The position numbers and the translations under genes are program-made. Shown here piece by piece: positions 47,270-57,504 of a DNA stretch of 64,000 bases. The stretch is from Bacteroidota bacterium (GTDB lineage Bacteria; Bacteroidota; Bacteroidia; Chitinophagales; Chitinophagaceae), in assembly GCA_947487525.1 (NCBI GenBank), contig CANKWR010000005.1, forward strand, positions 3,958 through 67,957, read 5' to 3'. Position 1 is the stretch's first letter, and the number at the start of each line of letters is the position of its first letter. The notes under the pieces were generated by a model. The model was given only the letters and a program-made list of their open reading frames with translations. It searched no databases and was not told the DNA's origin.

Positions 47270-48814
47270 TTAGCGATTAGGCATATTCAAGGGAATATCT
47301 CTTTTCAACATTTCATCTCGGTTTGCAATTTCACAAGCAGTGAAGTAAACCATCTTTGTTCTTTTTTCCATTAGTTCAAAGTTAATTTTCTCAATGGTGT
47401 CCGTTGGTTTGTGGTAATCTGCCAATAACATACCATCGTAGAAAAACAGTACAGGTACTCCTTTGCGTGCAAAATTATAATGGTCGCTTCTGTAGTAAAT
47501 CATATTTTTATCATTAGGATCATCGTATTTATAATCCAAGGTAATGTTGCTTGATTTTTTATTTGCAGCTTCGTTGATAATTGGCAAGTCGGAACTTAAT
47601 TTATCATGACCAATTACATAGATGTAGTTTAATGAATCGGCGGTGGTACGCTCAGTATCCACACGACCAATCATGTCGGTATTTAAATCGGCCGTTGTTT
47701 TTTCCAAAGGGAAAATAGGGTGTTCTGAATAGTATTGAGAACCCCATAAGCCTTTCTCTTCTCCACTCACTGTCATAAATACAATAGTGCGCCTTGGTTT
47801 TTTACCCGCTTTCGCTGCTGCTGCAAAAGCTTCCGCCATTTGCATTACACCAACAGTACCAGATCCATCATCGTCTGCGCCATACCAAATTACATTTCCT
47901 CTTTTACCTAAGTGATCATAGTGCCCCGTTAAAAATAAGTACTCGTCTTTTTTATCGGTACCAGGTAACATAGCAATCACATTGCTGCTTTCCAAATTTT
48001 CGGTTGTTTTTGTGGCCATTAATGTAATGGCTGTTATATAAGTATTTTTACTTTTTGTACTTAATTCACTTATGCTAGCAGCAGTGCTTTTTAAAATGGC
48101 ATTTGCAATTTTGGTAGAAACATTCGCCATTAAAAATCCTGCAGCATCATTTTTTTTCAAGTACATATTGCTTTTTGTTTCAGTACTCATTTTGCGTGGG
48201 AAGTTGGCTGATACTATTAATAGTCCAGCAGCCCCTTTTGATTTTGCTATGTTCATTTTAGCCATCGGAGAAGCAGGGTTAGCATTAAATGCACGATTTC
48301 CACCCTGACCCATAGTTGGCATGCCAGTACTTGATCCTTCTAAAATTAACACTAGCTTTCCTTTTACATCTAAGCCAGCATAGTCATTGATTCCCTTTGC
48401 ATCATCTACGATACCATAACCAGCAAATACTAGATCATCGTAATTCCATTTTCCTGTACTAATTGTTTGTAAAGAATAAGTAAAGTCCTTATCCCATTCA
48501 AATGACGTCCCGTTGACAGTGATCGATTTTTCGGTTAAGTTATCCTGGTATACAGGGTATACTTGTTGGTAGCTATTGCCATTTCCAGGCTTTAGTCCCA
48601 TTCTCTTAAATTCACTTTCAATATAAGCAGCCGCCTTTTTTTGTCCAGGACTTGCTGTTTCACGTCCTTCCATTTCAGCACTTGCGATAACAGACAACTT
48701 TGCTTTAAGCCCTTCTTGATTAATTACGTTACTAAATTTTGTAAGTTCATCTCCTTTCTGTGCCAATGTCATTGAGCTTATCAATGGGAGGAACAACCAA
48801 ATAATTTTTTTCAT
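47270..48814 (-). CDS. M28 family peptidase with PA domain, secreted
   Basis: Signal peptide, MEGRET, FAGYGI, GHYDHLG, GADDDGSG, GEEKGLWGS, RSDH, YHKPTD. Confidence 0.92.
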   Translation of the reverse strand: MKKIIWLFLPLISSMTLAQKGDELTKFSNVINQEGLKAKLSVIASAEMEGRETASPGQKKAAAYIESEFKRMGLKPGNGNSYQQVYPVYQDNLTEKSITVNGTSFEWDKDFTYSLQTISTGKWNYDDLVFAGYGIVDDAKGINDYAGLDVKGKLVLILEGSSTGMPTMGQGGNRAFNANPASPMAKMNIAKSKGAAGLLIVSANFPRKMSTETKSNMYLKKNDAAGFLMANVSTKIANAILKSTAASISELSTKSKNTYITAITLMATKTTENLESSNVIAMLPGTDKKDEYLFLTGHYDHLGKRGNVIWYGADDDGSGTVGVMQMAEAFAAAAKAGKKPRRTIVFMTVSGEEKGLWGSQYYSEHPIFPLEKTTADLNTDMIGRVDTERTTADSLNYIYVIGHDKLSSDLPIINEAANKKSSNITLDYKYDDPNDKNMIYYRSDHYNFARKGVPVLFFYDGMLLADYHKPTDTIEKINFELMEKRTKMVYFTACEIANRDEMLKRDIPLNMPNR

Positions 48815-48848
48815 GTATTTAATTTTAGTTAAAATTTATTTTTAGTGA

Positions 48849-49304
48849 TTATGCGCATGTGATTTTATTGACTCTGTTTTGGTGTCTACCGCCTTCAAAT
48901 GCAGTAGTCATAAATTTTTCAATCATTTCTTTTGCTGCTTCCAAGCTTACAAAACGCGCTGGAATGCATATCATATTTGCATCATTGTGCAAGCGTGTTA
49001 ATTCAGCTACTTCCGTTAACCAGCATAAGCCTGCGCGGATACCTTCGTGTTTATTAGCAGTCATGGCTACACCGTTGGCACTGCCACAAAATAAAATGCC
49101 AAAACTTGATTCTCCGGTTTCAACACTATTTGCTGTTGGATGGGCAAAATCAGGGTAATCAACTGAATCCACATTGTAAGTACCAAAATCCTTTACTTGG
49201 TAGCCACTGCTTTCCAGCCATTTTTTAACTTCCTCCTTATAACCCACTCCCGCATGGTCGGCACCTATTGCAATGGGTTTTGATTTTTCGAACACAAACG
49301 ACAT
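48849..49304 (-). CDS. rpiB: Ribose 5-phosphate isomerase B
   Basis: GADHAG, DYPD, CGSANG, RLHNDAN, FEGGRHQNRV; start moved to ATG 49304. Confidence 0.95.
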   Translation of the reverse strand: MSFVFEKSKPIAIGADHAGVGYKEEVKKWLESSGYQVKDFGTYNVDSVDYPDFAHPTANSVETGESSFGILFCGSANGVAMTANKHEGIRAGLCWLTEVAELTRLHNDANMICIPARFVSLEAAKEMIEKFMTTAFEGGRHQNRVNKITCA

Positions 49305-49406
49305 AGTAGTAATGTTTAAAAAGTTAGGGTTGCCTGATACAGGATCAGCTAGGAATAAAGTTAAGGGTTCTCCTTCAAAAAGGGAAAGCAAATACAGGAA
49401 ATTGTA

Positions 49407-50642
49407 TTAATGGATTTTAATCTTCACTTTTTCGATTCTTGTTGCGCTTACAGCAAGAATTTCTGCATCAAAATGGGCTAAATGAATTAAGGTCTTTAGC
49501 TTAGGAATAGTCTCGTGATGATGTATTAAATAACCACTTAAGGTTTCGGAGTTTTCGGCAGCGAAATCAATGCCATATTTTTCAGTGATATAATCCAATT
49601 CTAATCTACCGCTAAAAATATACTCTTTGTTTGATAATTTTTTCTCAATAAACTCTTGTTCATCGTATTCGTCATCAATTTCACCAAAAATTTCCTCAAG
49701 TACATCTTCCATGGTTACGATGCCAGCTGTACCTCCAAATTCGTCAACGACCCAGGCGATACTTTTTCTTTTTTTGGAAAAAAGATTTATTAAATCTGCC
49801 GCACTCATACTTTCAGGCACCAATAAAATTGGGTGAATCATGGTTGCTATATTATTTGGCTTTTTAAATAAATCTAGCTGATGTACATAGCCTACAATCG
49901 TATCTAGGGTTTCATCATACACAATTAACTTGCTTAGCTTAGTTTCAATAAATTGCTTACTTAGTTCCTCGATGGAAGTACTTATGTCTACTCCAATTAT
50001 TTCAGTTCGAGGCACTAAACATTCTCTTATTTTTATATCTGGCAAGCTTAATGCATTCTCAAATAAATCGGTATTGAGGTCCTGTTGATCGGGATTTTCA
50101 ATTGTTTGCTGAACAAAATGCGCTAAATCTACTTTAGAGAAAGCCTCTTTTTTATTCAATACTTTAACTTGAAATAAAACACTTACTACCCATTGAGCAA
50201 TACTTACCAATATTTTTGTTAAAGGGCTAAAAAGTAAGTGAAAAAACTTTGCGATATAGGCGAAACGCGAAATCATAGAGCTGGCCCTTGCTTTAAAAAT
50301 GGCCTTTGGGACGAGTTCTCCAACAAATAAGATCACCATAGTAGAAAGCACTGTATTGCCAAATAGGATAGCATACCCTTCTAATGAATAATAATGCCAT
50401 ACATATTTTTCTAGCATTTCCTCAAACATAATTCCAAAAACAACAAGGGAAATGTTTAAGCCAATGAGACAAGTGCCAATAAACTGAGTAGGGGCTTCTA
50501 AAAATTGGGCTATAATTTTTCCTGAAGGGTCGCCATTTTTTTTCTTTAATTCTAAACTTAACCTATTGGCACTCACAAATCCAATCTCATATCCTGAGAA
50601 GAATCCAATTAAAATAAGAGAAGCTAAAATAGAAATAATCAT
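49407..50642 (-). CDS. CNNM/hemolysin family protein (DUF21-CBS-CorC)
   Basis: GFFSGYEI, GELVPKA, VDEFGGTAGIVTMEDVLEEIFGEI. Confidence 0.92.
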   Translation of the reverse strand: MIISILASLILIGFFSGYEIGFVSANRLSLELKKKNGDPSGKIIAQFLEAPTQFIGTCLIGLNISLVVFGIMFEEMLEKYVWHYYSLEGYAILFGNTVLSTMVILFVGELVPKAIFKARASSMISRFAYIAKFFHLLFSPLTKILVSIAQWVVSVLFQVKVLNKKEAFSKVDLAHFVQQTIENPDQQDLNTDLFENALSLPDIKIRECLVPRTEIIGVDISTSIEELSKQFIETKLSKLIVYDETLDTIVGYVHQLDLFKKPNNIATMIHPILLVPESMSAADLINLFSKKRKSIAWVVDEFGGTAGIVTMEDVLEEIFGEIDDEYDEQEFIEKKLSNKEYIFSGRLELDYITEKYGIDFAAENSETLSGYLIHHHETIPKLKTLIHLAHFDAEILAVSATRIEKVKIKIH

Positions 50643-50661
50643 TGAGTGTGTGTTTATTCAA

Positions 50662-51651
50662 CTACCATTCAGGTAATATAGGTTTTGTTTCAACAATACT
50701 ATCAATTTGTTCCATCAATTCAGGAGTCAATAATTTTAAGGTTTCAATTGCAGTTAAGTTGTCCAACAATTGCTCCTTTTTTGTAGCCCCAAGTATGGCG
50801 GTTGTAACATTCGAATTTTTGATGCACCAAGCAATGCTCAATGAAGCGACACTTACTTTTAATGCCTTAGCGATTGCACCCAATTGCTGCACGCGCTTAA
50901 TTTTATCTTGCATCACCCATTGGTCTCTTAGCCATTCATAACCTTCTAATTGAAATCTTGAATCGTCTGGAATGCCATCATTGTATTTGCCGGTTAACAA
51001 TCCGGAAGCCAAGGGACTCCAAATGGTGGTACCCATTCCTAGATTTTTAAATATTTGGAGGTAATCATTTTCCATTTTATGGCGCTCAAACAAATTGTAT
51101 TGTGGTTGCTCCATGCTTGGCCCAATTAATTTATAATTGGCAGCTACTCGGTGCGCTTCCATAATTTCTACTCCGCTCCATTCGCTTGTACCCCAGTACA
51201 AAATTTTACCTTGTTGAATTAAGGTGTTCATGGTTTGTACCACTTCTTCAATTGGGGAAGTCTTGTCAGGACGATGACAAAAATAAAGGTCTAAATAGTC
51301 CGTTTGAAGTCTTTTTAAAGCTTCGTTACATGCTTCTGTTAAATGTTTTCTACTTAGGCCAGTTTGGTTAGGCTTATTCTCTTTACCTCTCCAACCAAAA
51401 TAGGCTTTTGATGAAATCGTATAGGAAGTTCTGTCCCAGTTTTTTTTATTTAATACACGCCCCATCATTTTTTCACTTTCACCACCTGCATACACTTCGG
51501 CATTGTCAAAAAAATTAACGCCATGGTCATAAGCGATACCCATTAACTCGTCCGAAATGCGATCGTCAATTTGTTTGTGAAAAGTTACCCAGCTACCAAA
51601 GCTTAACGCACTAAGTTGTAAGCCTGTCTTACCCATTTTTCTGTATTCCAT
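50662..51651 (-). CDS. Aldo/keto reductase (Kv channel beta-subunit-like)
   Basis: FGSWVTF, FDNAEVY, GLSRKH, YWGTSEW, WSPLASGLLTGKY. Confidence 0.92.
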   Translation of the reverse strand: MEYRKMGKTGLQLSALSFGSWVTFHKQIDDRISDELMGIAYDHGVNFFDNAEVYAGGESEKMMGRVLNKKNWDRTSYTISSKAYFGWRGKENKPNQTGLSRKHLTEACNEALKRLQTDYLDLYFCHRPDKTSPIEEVVQTMNTLIQQGKILYWGTSEWSGVEIMEAHRVAANYKLIGPSMEQPQYNLFERHKMENDYLQIFKNLGMGTTIWSPLASGLLTGKYNDGIPDDSRFQLEGYEWLRDQWVMQDKIKRVQQLGAIAKALKVSVASLSIAWCIKNSNVTTAILGATKKEQLLDNLTAIETLKLLTPELMEQIDSIVETKPILPEW

Positions 51652-51690
51652 AAATTATATATTTATCTCCAACTGAGATTTGTTTTCAAA

Positions 51691-52278
51691 TTATTTAAAA
51701 GCACTTGTGTCCGTAATGATTGCGAAACTATTTGACTGCGGCTTGTAAATGGTAATGTCGGTTAAATCCTGATTGGCTTCAAACCCGAGGCCATAAATTT
51801 TTGAAATTGGGTTATGCTGTTTAATCACCACTTCTTTGTCGGTGTGAAACTTATTGGTACTTTGTTCCCAGTACATTTCTTTACACCATAGTGTGTCACC
51901 CATAATATTGTACACGATTACATCCCCTTTTAAAAAAAATTTATTTTCCTCTTGTATATACCTAGCATATTTAGCACTCAACTTGCTTTCTACTTTTGCA
52001 CTATCCTTAAAAAAGTCAACATTAATAGTATTGGGAAATTCTACCATTTGCCCACTATCCACCAAGTATTTTTTCATAATGGGAGCAGTCATTTTCGCAG
52101 TCATTCTACCTGTTTCACTCATATAAATGGCAACGTTTTTGCCAACATCAATCCCGCCAGTATTATTACTTAAAGCTTTAACATCATTAATATTATTCTC
52201 ACAAGCAAGCATAAAAAAGCAGCTACATATTAAAGTAACTGCTGTAAATATTTTCATATCATGTTTATGACTAGTCAT
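51691..52278 (-). CDS. lptC: LPS export periplasmic protein LptC (Bacteroidota type); start 52278 or 52257
   Basis: MLACEN lipobox-like, EFP..I.VDFF, SKLSAKYA, GDTLWCKEMYW, GFEANQD. Confidence 0.75.
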   Translation of the reverse strand: MTSHKHDMKIFTAVTLICSCFFMLACENNINDVKALSNNTGGIDVGKNVAIYMSETGRMTAKMTAPIMKKYLVDSGQMVEFPNTINVDFFKDSAKVESKLSAKYARYIQEENKFFLKGDVIVYNIMGDTLWCKEMYWEQSTNKFHTDKEVVIKQHNPISKIYGLGFEANQDLTDITIYKPQSNSFAIITDTSAFK

Positions 52279-53653
52279 ATTTGCGTTTATTAAACCAGAT
52301 GTCACTTAAACTATAACCAAAAGTAAATTGGAAAAAGTTTTCTTGATAACTATTTAAATTACTTCCTCGCTTACCAAATTGGAAAGCTAAGTTAAGTAAA
52401 GAAAATTGATAGTCGTAGGACCTGTATTTTCTAATGGGCAAACCCACTCCAAAAGTGAAGTTAGTCACTTTTAAACCGTTTTGGTCAATATTGATATAGT
52501 CTCTTCCGGTATTGAAACCAGCTCGATAAGTAACGGTGGACCAGTAGTTTTCATAGTCCAGTGCATTGGGACAAAATTGAGCACCTAGTCTTACCATATA
52601 GGCATTAGACAATTGGTCCTGTTGTCCATAAAAGCTATAGTTGTTTTGCCAATTGCTTCTGTCATATTGTAATCCAATCACCCATTGATCATAAATACCG
52701 CTATTGCTAACTTGTTTTTTATGCAATGTGATACCCGCAGTATACATGCCAGGTATTTTAATTCTGCCTGCATTATTAAGAGACAAGGATACCGTATCTA
52801 ATGGATTTTCTGTGCCCACTGTGAATGAGCCAGTCGATCTTAAAATGTCTTGTTTGCCAGATAAATTTTGACCCAATGTTGCAGTGGCACCATAGCTCAA
52901 AGTATATTCAGTTTTGTCCGTAGGTACTTTATGGGTAACCGTTTTTAAAGTAAGATCCCCTAAAATACCAACCTGTACAAAAGCGCCACCAAATAAGGTG
53001 TTGGTACTTGATTGTGATTGATAAAATGAAGTGGAGTCGCTATTGTAAATAAAGGATTTAATATTCTCGATTTTCTTTTTCCCGAAATTATAGCCCGTAT
53101 TCACCCCAATGCTAAATTTTTTCCATGATTTTCCAAATCCAATAAAAGCTTGATTGAGCCCGCCCTGTCCAATATAGTTATTGACGATGGTATCCCCTGA
53201 AGGCAGTGATTTTAATTCTACTACTGAATAATTAATTTGGGTTATTGGTCTTAAGCCAAAAGCCATACCCATTTTTTTTACTTTATCAATTGGCAATCCG
53301 ACTGCTAAATAGTTAGGTGCAAAATAATTGGAATTGAATTCAGCAACCGGTGTTTGTCTTCTTAAAGAATTGCTTGTTAAATTCACGCCTAGGTCAAAAG
53401 TGGTCATGTATAAACTACCGTAAGAGGCTGGGTTGTTAAAATTCAAGCTTTGTCCAAAAGTGCCATTCATACTACTGGTATAAGCAGCAGTAAGCCCACC
53501 TAAGGCTTGACTGGTTGCATTTTGACTATTATAAACTTCGTTTCCTAATCCGTATCTAGAAAATGGAGAATTAATTTGGGCTTTAGCTGGAAATAGCAAA
53601 ACAACTAAAACAAGGGAGGGTATGAGCCTAAGTATTTTTTTCACAAATCGCAT
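52271..53653 (-). CDS. FadL-like outer membrane beta-barrel protein
   Basis: Signal peptide, NSPFSRYGLG, NPASY, GQGGLNQ, FGVGLP, C-terminal WFNKRKYD. Confidence 0.75.
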   Translation of the reverse strand: MRFVKKILRLIPSLVLVVLLFPAKAQINSPFSRYGLGNEVYNSQNATSQALGGLTAAYTSSMNGTFGQSLNFNNPASYGSLYMTTFDLGVNLTSNSLRRQTPVAEFNSNYFAPNYLAVGLPIDKVKKMGMAFGLRPITQINYSVVELKSLPSGDTIVNNYIGQGGLNQAFIGFGKSWKKFSIGVNTGYNFGKKKIENIKSFIYNSDSTSFYQSQSSTNTLFGGAFVQVGILGDLTLKTVTHKVPTDKTEYTLSYGATATLGQNLSGKQDILRSTGSFTVGTENPLDTVSLSLNNAGRIKIPGMYTAGITLHKKQVSNSGIYDQWVIGLQYDRSNWQNNYSFYGQQDQLSNAYMVRLGAQFCPNALDYENYWSTVTYRAGFNTGRDYINIDQNGLKVTNFTFGVGLPIRKYRSYDYQFSLLNLAFQFGKRGSNLNSYQENFFQFTFGYSLSDIWFNKRKYD

Positions 53654-54353
53654 AAAGTCCTTTAAATATTAAATTTTGGTCGGCAAATATCCTTTTTTTT
53701 AAGTGAGGCGCAAAATAACAAATGTCCCCACCGGTTAATAGCACGTTAAAGTTGGCATATTTTTCCTCGTAAGCGGCAATAATCCCATCAATTTCGGCCG
53801 AAATGCCTAGAATTACGCCACTCAAAAGGTTGGTTTTAGTGTCATATCCCATTAAAGTAAATTCATTGGAGGGCTGAATCAGGGGCAAAAGTGCCGTTTG
53901 TTCATGCATGGCCTTGAACCGCATATTCATACCTGGAGAAATACTTCCGCCCAGGAATTCATGCCCAATACTCACGAAATTATAGGTAATGCAAGTGCCC
54001 AGGGAAATGATTAAGTTATGCTGATTCGGGTATAGGTCCACGGCTGCAGCTACTAAGGCCAACCGATCGGCACCAATGGTTTCAGGTTTGCCCACGGGTG
54101 TGGTAAAATTAATGCTGGTATGGGGTCCTAATAAATGAAACTTTGTTTTTTGTGCTAAAAAGGTTTCGATGGCCTTTTCGTGGTGAATTACAGAGGAAAG
54201 AATGGATTTATTGGGCTTCCATTGATCCAATAAGGCCTCTATTTCGGCGACATCCCCCTTGGAGAAAACCACGGTTTCCACCAGTTCATTTTCACTAAAA
54301 ATGGCTGCCTTTAGTCGGGTATTGCCAAAATCAAAACAAATCGTTGTTGACAT
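53628..54353 (-). CDS. coaX: Type III pantothenate kinase
   Basis: DFGNTRLK, GADR, LGTCIT, GGSISPG, TGGD. Confidence 0.93.
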   Translation of the reverse strand: MSTTICFDFGNTRLKAAIFSENELVETVVFSKGDVAEIEALLDQWKPNKSILSSVIHHEKAIETFLAQKTKFHLLGPHTSINFTTPVGKPETIGADRLALVAAAVDLYPNQHNLIISLGTCITYNFVSIGHEFLGGSISPGMNMRFKAMHEQTALLPLIQPSNEFTLMGYDTKTNLLSGVILGISAEIDGIIAAYEEKYANFNVLLTGGDICYFAPHLKKRIFADQNLIFKGLYAICEKNT

Positions 54354-54458
54354 AAAAATAGTTCAGCACCAAATTTAATCCGTTTATGGCAAAGTTTGCC
54401 TAAAACAATAGGCAAGTTGCAAAAGATTTCGGTTATTTGAAGAACAAATGAAAAGGAT

Positions 54459-55334
54459 ATGAAGATAGCAGGTTTTACCATTATCAAAAATGCAGTGGTG
54501 AATGATTTTCCAATTGTAGAAGCCATCCAGTCCATCCTTCCAGTGGTGGATGAGATGATTGTGCTAATTGGAGATTCTTCTGACGAAACCATTGCATTGA
54601 TTGAGTCTATTGGCAATCCTAAAATCAAAATTCATCATTCAGTTTGGGACAAGCATTTAAGAAAAGGAGGCTCTGTGTTAGCAGTTGAAACCAATAAGGC
54701 TTTGCAACTGATTGATGATTCATTTACATGGGCTTTTTATATTCAGGGCGATGAAGTGGTACATGAAAAATACCATGCAGCTATTGTAGCCGCTTGTAAT
54801 GAATACCAGGATGACCAAGCGGTGCAAGGGCTATTGTTTAGGTACAAACATTTTTTTGGAACCTACGATTATGTTGGAGACAGTAGAAAATGGTATGCAC
54901 ATGAAACAAGAATCATTAGAAACAATAAAGCAATTAGTGCTTATAAGGATGCGCAAGGTTTTAGAATTGGCAATTCCAAATTACCTGTAGCCGCCATTGA
55001 TGCAAGTATCTATCATTATGGATGGGTGAAAAGTCCGGAGCAAATGCGTAAAAAACAAAAAGAGAGTGCTACTTTTTGGAACGATGATACTAAAATGCAA
55101 GAGATTATCTCAAGTCCAGATTATTATGATTTTTCGGGGTTTGATTCCTTAGAAAAATTTACGGGTACGCACCCCAATGTAATGGTAGAGAGAATTCGTC
55201 AAAAAAATTGGGTCATTGATTTAGATATCTCCAAAAAGAATTTTTCTTTTAAAAATAGGGTTTTATATTATTTTGAAAAATGGACAGGGATAAGACCATT
55301 TGATTTTAGAAATCATAATATTGTTAGACCATAA
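54459..55334 (+). CDS. Glycosyltransferase family 2 protein
   Basis: GFTIIKNA, SILPVVDE, YIQGDE, YHYGWVK. Confidence 0.8.
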   Translation: MKIAGFTIIKNAVVNDFPIVEAIQSILPVVDEMIVLIGDSSDETIALIESIGNPKIKIHHSVWDKHLRKGGSVLAVETNKALQLIDDSFTWAFYIQGDEVVHEKYHAAIVAACNEYQDDQAVQGLLFRYKHFFGTYDYVGDSRKWYAHETRIIRNNKAISAYKDAQGFRIGNSKLPVAAIDASIYHYGWVKSPEQMRKKQKESATFWNDDTKMQEIISSPDYYDFSGFDSLEKFTGTHPNVMVERIRQKNWVIDLDISKKNFSFKNRVLYYFEKWTGIRPFDFRNHNIVRP

Positions 55335-56068
55335 TGATGTATGCAATTCATGATATTAAAAATGGCGTAAGCAAAGGTGATTTTTTGGCCTTGTCAAAAA
55401 CAATTACGCATATTGAAAATCAACAAGCAGGTGCAAGTGATTTTCTGAAAAATTTGCCTACCCCTAAAGTCCCTGTGATTGGGATTACAGGTCCTCCAGG
55501 CGCAGGAAAAAGCACCCTTATTGCAGCTGTTATTGGCGCGCTGGTGCAGGAAGGCAAAACAATTGCAGTGTTGTCGGTGGATCCAAGTTCGGTTTTACAC
55601 AATGGTGCCTTGTTGGGAGATAGAATAAGAATGCGGGATTGGTATTTACATCCCGCTGTATTTATAAGATCATTGGCAACGAGGGGGCATTTAGGCGGAC
55701 TCACCCATTGCATTGACGAGGTAGTTCAATTACTTCGATCGGCAGGATTTGATTTCATCATTTTAGAAACTGTGGGGGTGGGGCAATCCGAAGTACAGGT
55801 TGCAAAAATTGCCTATCCAACTATTTTGGTATTGGTACCGGAAGCAGGGGACGAAATTCAAATGATGAAATCAGGTTTATTTGAAGTGGCTAATATTTAT
55901 GTTGTTAATAAAGTGGATCGACCAGAGGCACAAAAATTTGTCAATCATCTTAAACAATCATTGTCTGAAAGATCCATGAACCAGGACAAACCCAATTTGG
56001 TCCAAACAATTGCCAATACTGGATTTGGCGTGGATGATTTATTGAATACAATAAAAGCATATGAGTAG
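55334..56068 (+). CDS. meaB: MeaB/ArgK family GTPase (short form)
   Basis: GITGPPGAGKST, VDPSS, GDRIRM, RSLATRG, ETVGVGQSE, NKVD. Confidence 0.88.
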   Translation: MMYAIHDIKNGVSKGDFLALSKTITHIENQQAGASDFLKNLPTPKVPVIGITGPPGAGKSTLIAAVIGALVQEGKTIAVLSVDPSSVLHNGALLGDRIRMRDWYLHPAVFIRSLATRGHLGGLTHCIDEVVQLLRSAGFDFIILETVGVGQSEVQVAKIAYPTILVLVPEAGDEIQMMKSGLFEVANIYVVNKVDRPEAQKFVNHLKQSLSERSMNQDKPNLVQTIANTGFGVDDLLNTIKAYE

Positions 56069-57263
56069 TAATAAATTCAAGTTAAGCAGTATTATAGAGC
56101 ACAATAAAATTACCACTTCAATTTGGTTTGGTCTTGTTGCCATTGCTTTGTTGATTGCGGTGAAGGGGGATGCGTATAATAATTTTATCATTTTCAAGCA
56201 GTCCTATTTTCATTTAAAAAATAATACCAATTTATATCTTGAATACATCAACGAATACAAGGACCATTATTATTACAGTCCCAGCTTTGCCATTTTAGTG
56301 GCACCCTTTTCCTATATGCCTCCCTTTATTGGCGCATTGATTTGGGGGATTTTTGATGCAGGTGTTTTGTATTATGCAATTAGGCAATTGCCCATTCAAT
56401 CAAAGTACCAAAATTTTATTTTACTTTTATCGGCCAATGAAATGATGAATGCGGCATCCAATTTGCAAAGTAATGGTATTATGGCAGCCACCATTATTTT
56501 ATCCTTTGTATTTTTATTGCGTCAAAAGGAAGTTGCATCCACCGCGATGATTGTACTTGGCTTTTTTATTAAATTATATAGCATTACGGGGCTTGCCTTT
56601 TTCTTTTTTAGTCAACACAAAAAAAAGTTTATAATCTACTTTGTCATTTGGGGGATACTCCTTGTATCATTGCCCCTATTGGTGATTAATCCTGATGATT
56701 TGGTGCAATGCTATAAGGACTGGTCTGCGGCCTTGAGTTTAAAATCTAATTTTGACATTACGGTCCCCATGCATCAAAATATGGTGGATATTACTTTACA
56801 AGGAATGGTAAAAAGACTTTTTAATTTACCCAATTTAGTTAAATGGTATTTTATTGTACCGGCACTTCTTGTATTTGCTGGGCAGTATTGGTATAAAGCA
56901 TATTATAGCCATCCCATTTACAGGCTTTATATGTTGTGTTCGGTTTTATTGTTCATTATCGTATTCAATACTGGAACGGAGTCACCTACCTACATCATTG
57001 GAGTACCTGCTATTTGTTTATGGTATGTTTTGCAGGAAAAAACAAAATGGAATAACCTACTATTTATTGTTTCTATATTTTTTTCCAGCTTTTCCTATTC
57101 GGATTTATTTACGCCTTGGTTAAGAACGCATATTATGATACCCTATGCGTTGAAAGTAGTAGGCTGTTTTATTGTTTGGGTCACCATTGCTATTCAAATT
57201 TATACGAAACAGTTTCTTAAGCTCAGTTTGGATCGACTAACAATTCGTTCCTGGTATCAATAG
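56061..57263 (+). CDS. GT87/DUF2029 family membrane glycosyltransferase
   Basis: YNNFIIFK, YSPSFA, FIKLY, ESPTYII; multi-TM. Confidence 0.8.
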   Translation: MSSNKFKLSSIIEHNKITTSIWFGLVAIALLIAVKGDAYNNFIIFKQSYFHLKNNTNLYLEYINEYKDHYYYSPSFAILVAPFSYMPPFIGALIWGIFDAGVLYYAIRQLPIQSKYQNFILLLSANEMMNAASNLQSNGIMAATIILSFVFLLRQKEVASTAMIVLGFFIKLYSITGLAFFFFSQHKKKFIIYFVIWGILLVSLPLLVINPDDLVQCYKDWSAALSLKSNFDITVPMHQNMVDITLQGMVKRLFNLPNLVKWYFIVPALLVFAGQYWYKAYYSHPIYRLYMLCSVLLFIIVFNTGTESPTYIIGVPAICLWYVLQEKTKWNNLLFIVSIFFSSFSYSDLFTPWLRTHIMIPYALKVVGCFIVWVTIAIQIYTKQFLKLSLDRLTIRSWYQ

Positions 57264-57293
57264 AAAAATAAAGTAAGGGTCAGGGTTTTAAAA

Positions 57294-57500
57294 CTATGCC
57301 TGTTTTTCGTTCTTCCACCATTTAAAGGCGATATAACCCATAATGGCAAATGGCATTGCAGCCAAGGACAAAACACCACCGTTGACGCCTCTTCCAGCCT
57401 CCTCACCCATTTGACTGACAGTTTTGGTACAAATAGAGCATTGCGCAATTAAGCTGGCTGTATAAGCTTGTAAAAGGAGTAGAATAAATAAACGCTTCAT
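57294..57500 (-). CDS. Small conserved membrane protein with CxxC
   Basis: Signal peptide, AQCSICTKT, GVNGGVLSLAAMPF TM helix, basic tail. Confidence 0.75.
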   Translation of the reverse strand: MKRLFILLLLQAYTASLIAQCSICTKTVSQMGEEAGRGVNGGVLSLAAMPFAIMGYIAFKWWKNEKQA

Positions 57501-57504
57501 AGGG

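Noticed and set aside
23431-47270. Replication terminus suggested by the shift from mostly + to mostly - genes
   Set aside because: No convincing dif site found by eye, and GC skew cannot be computed here
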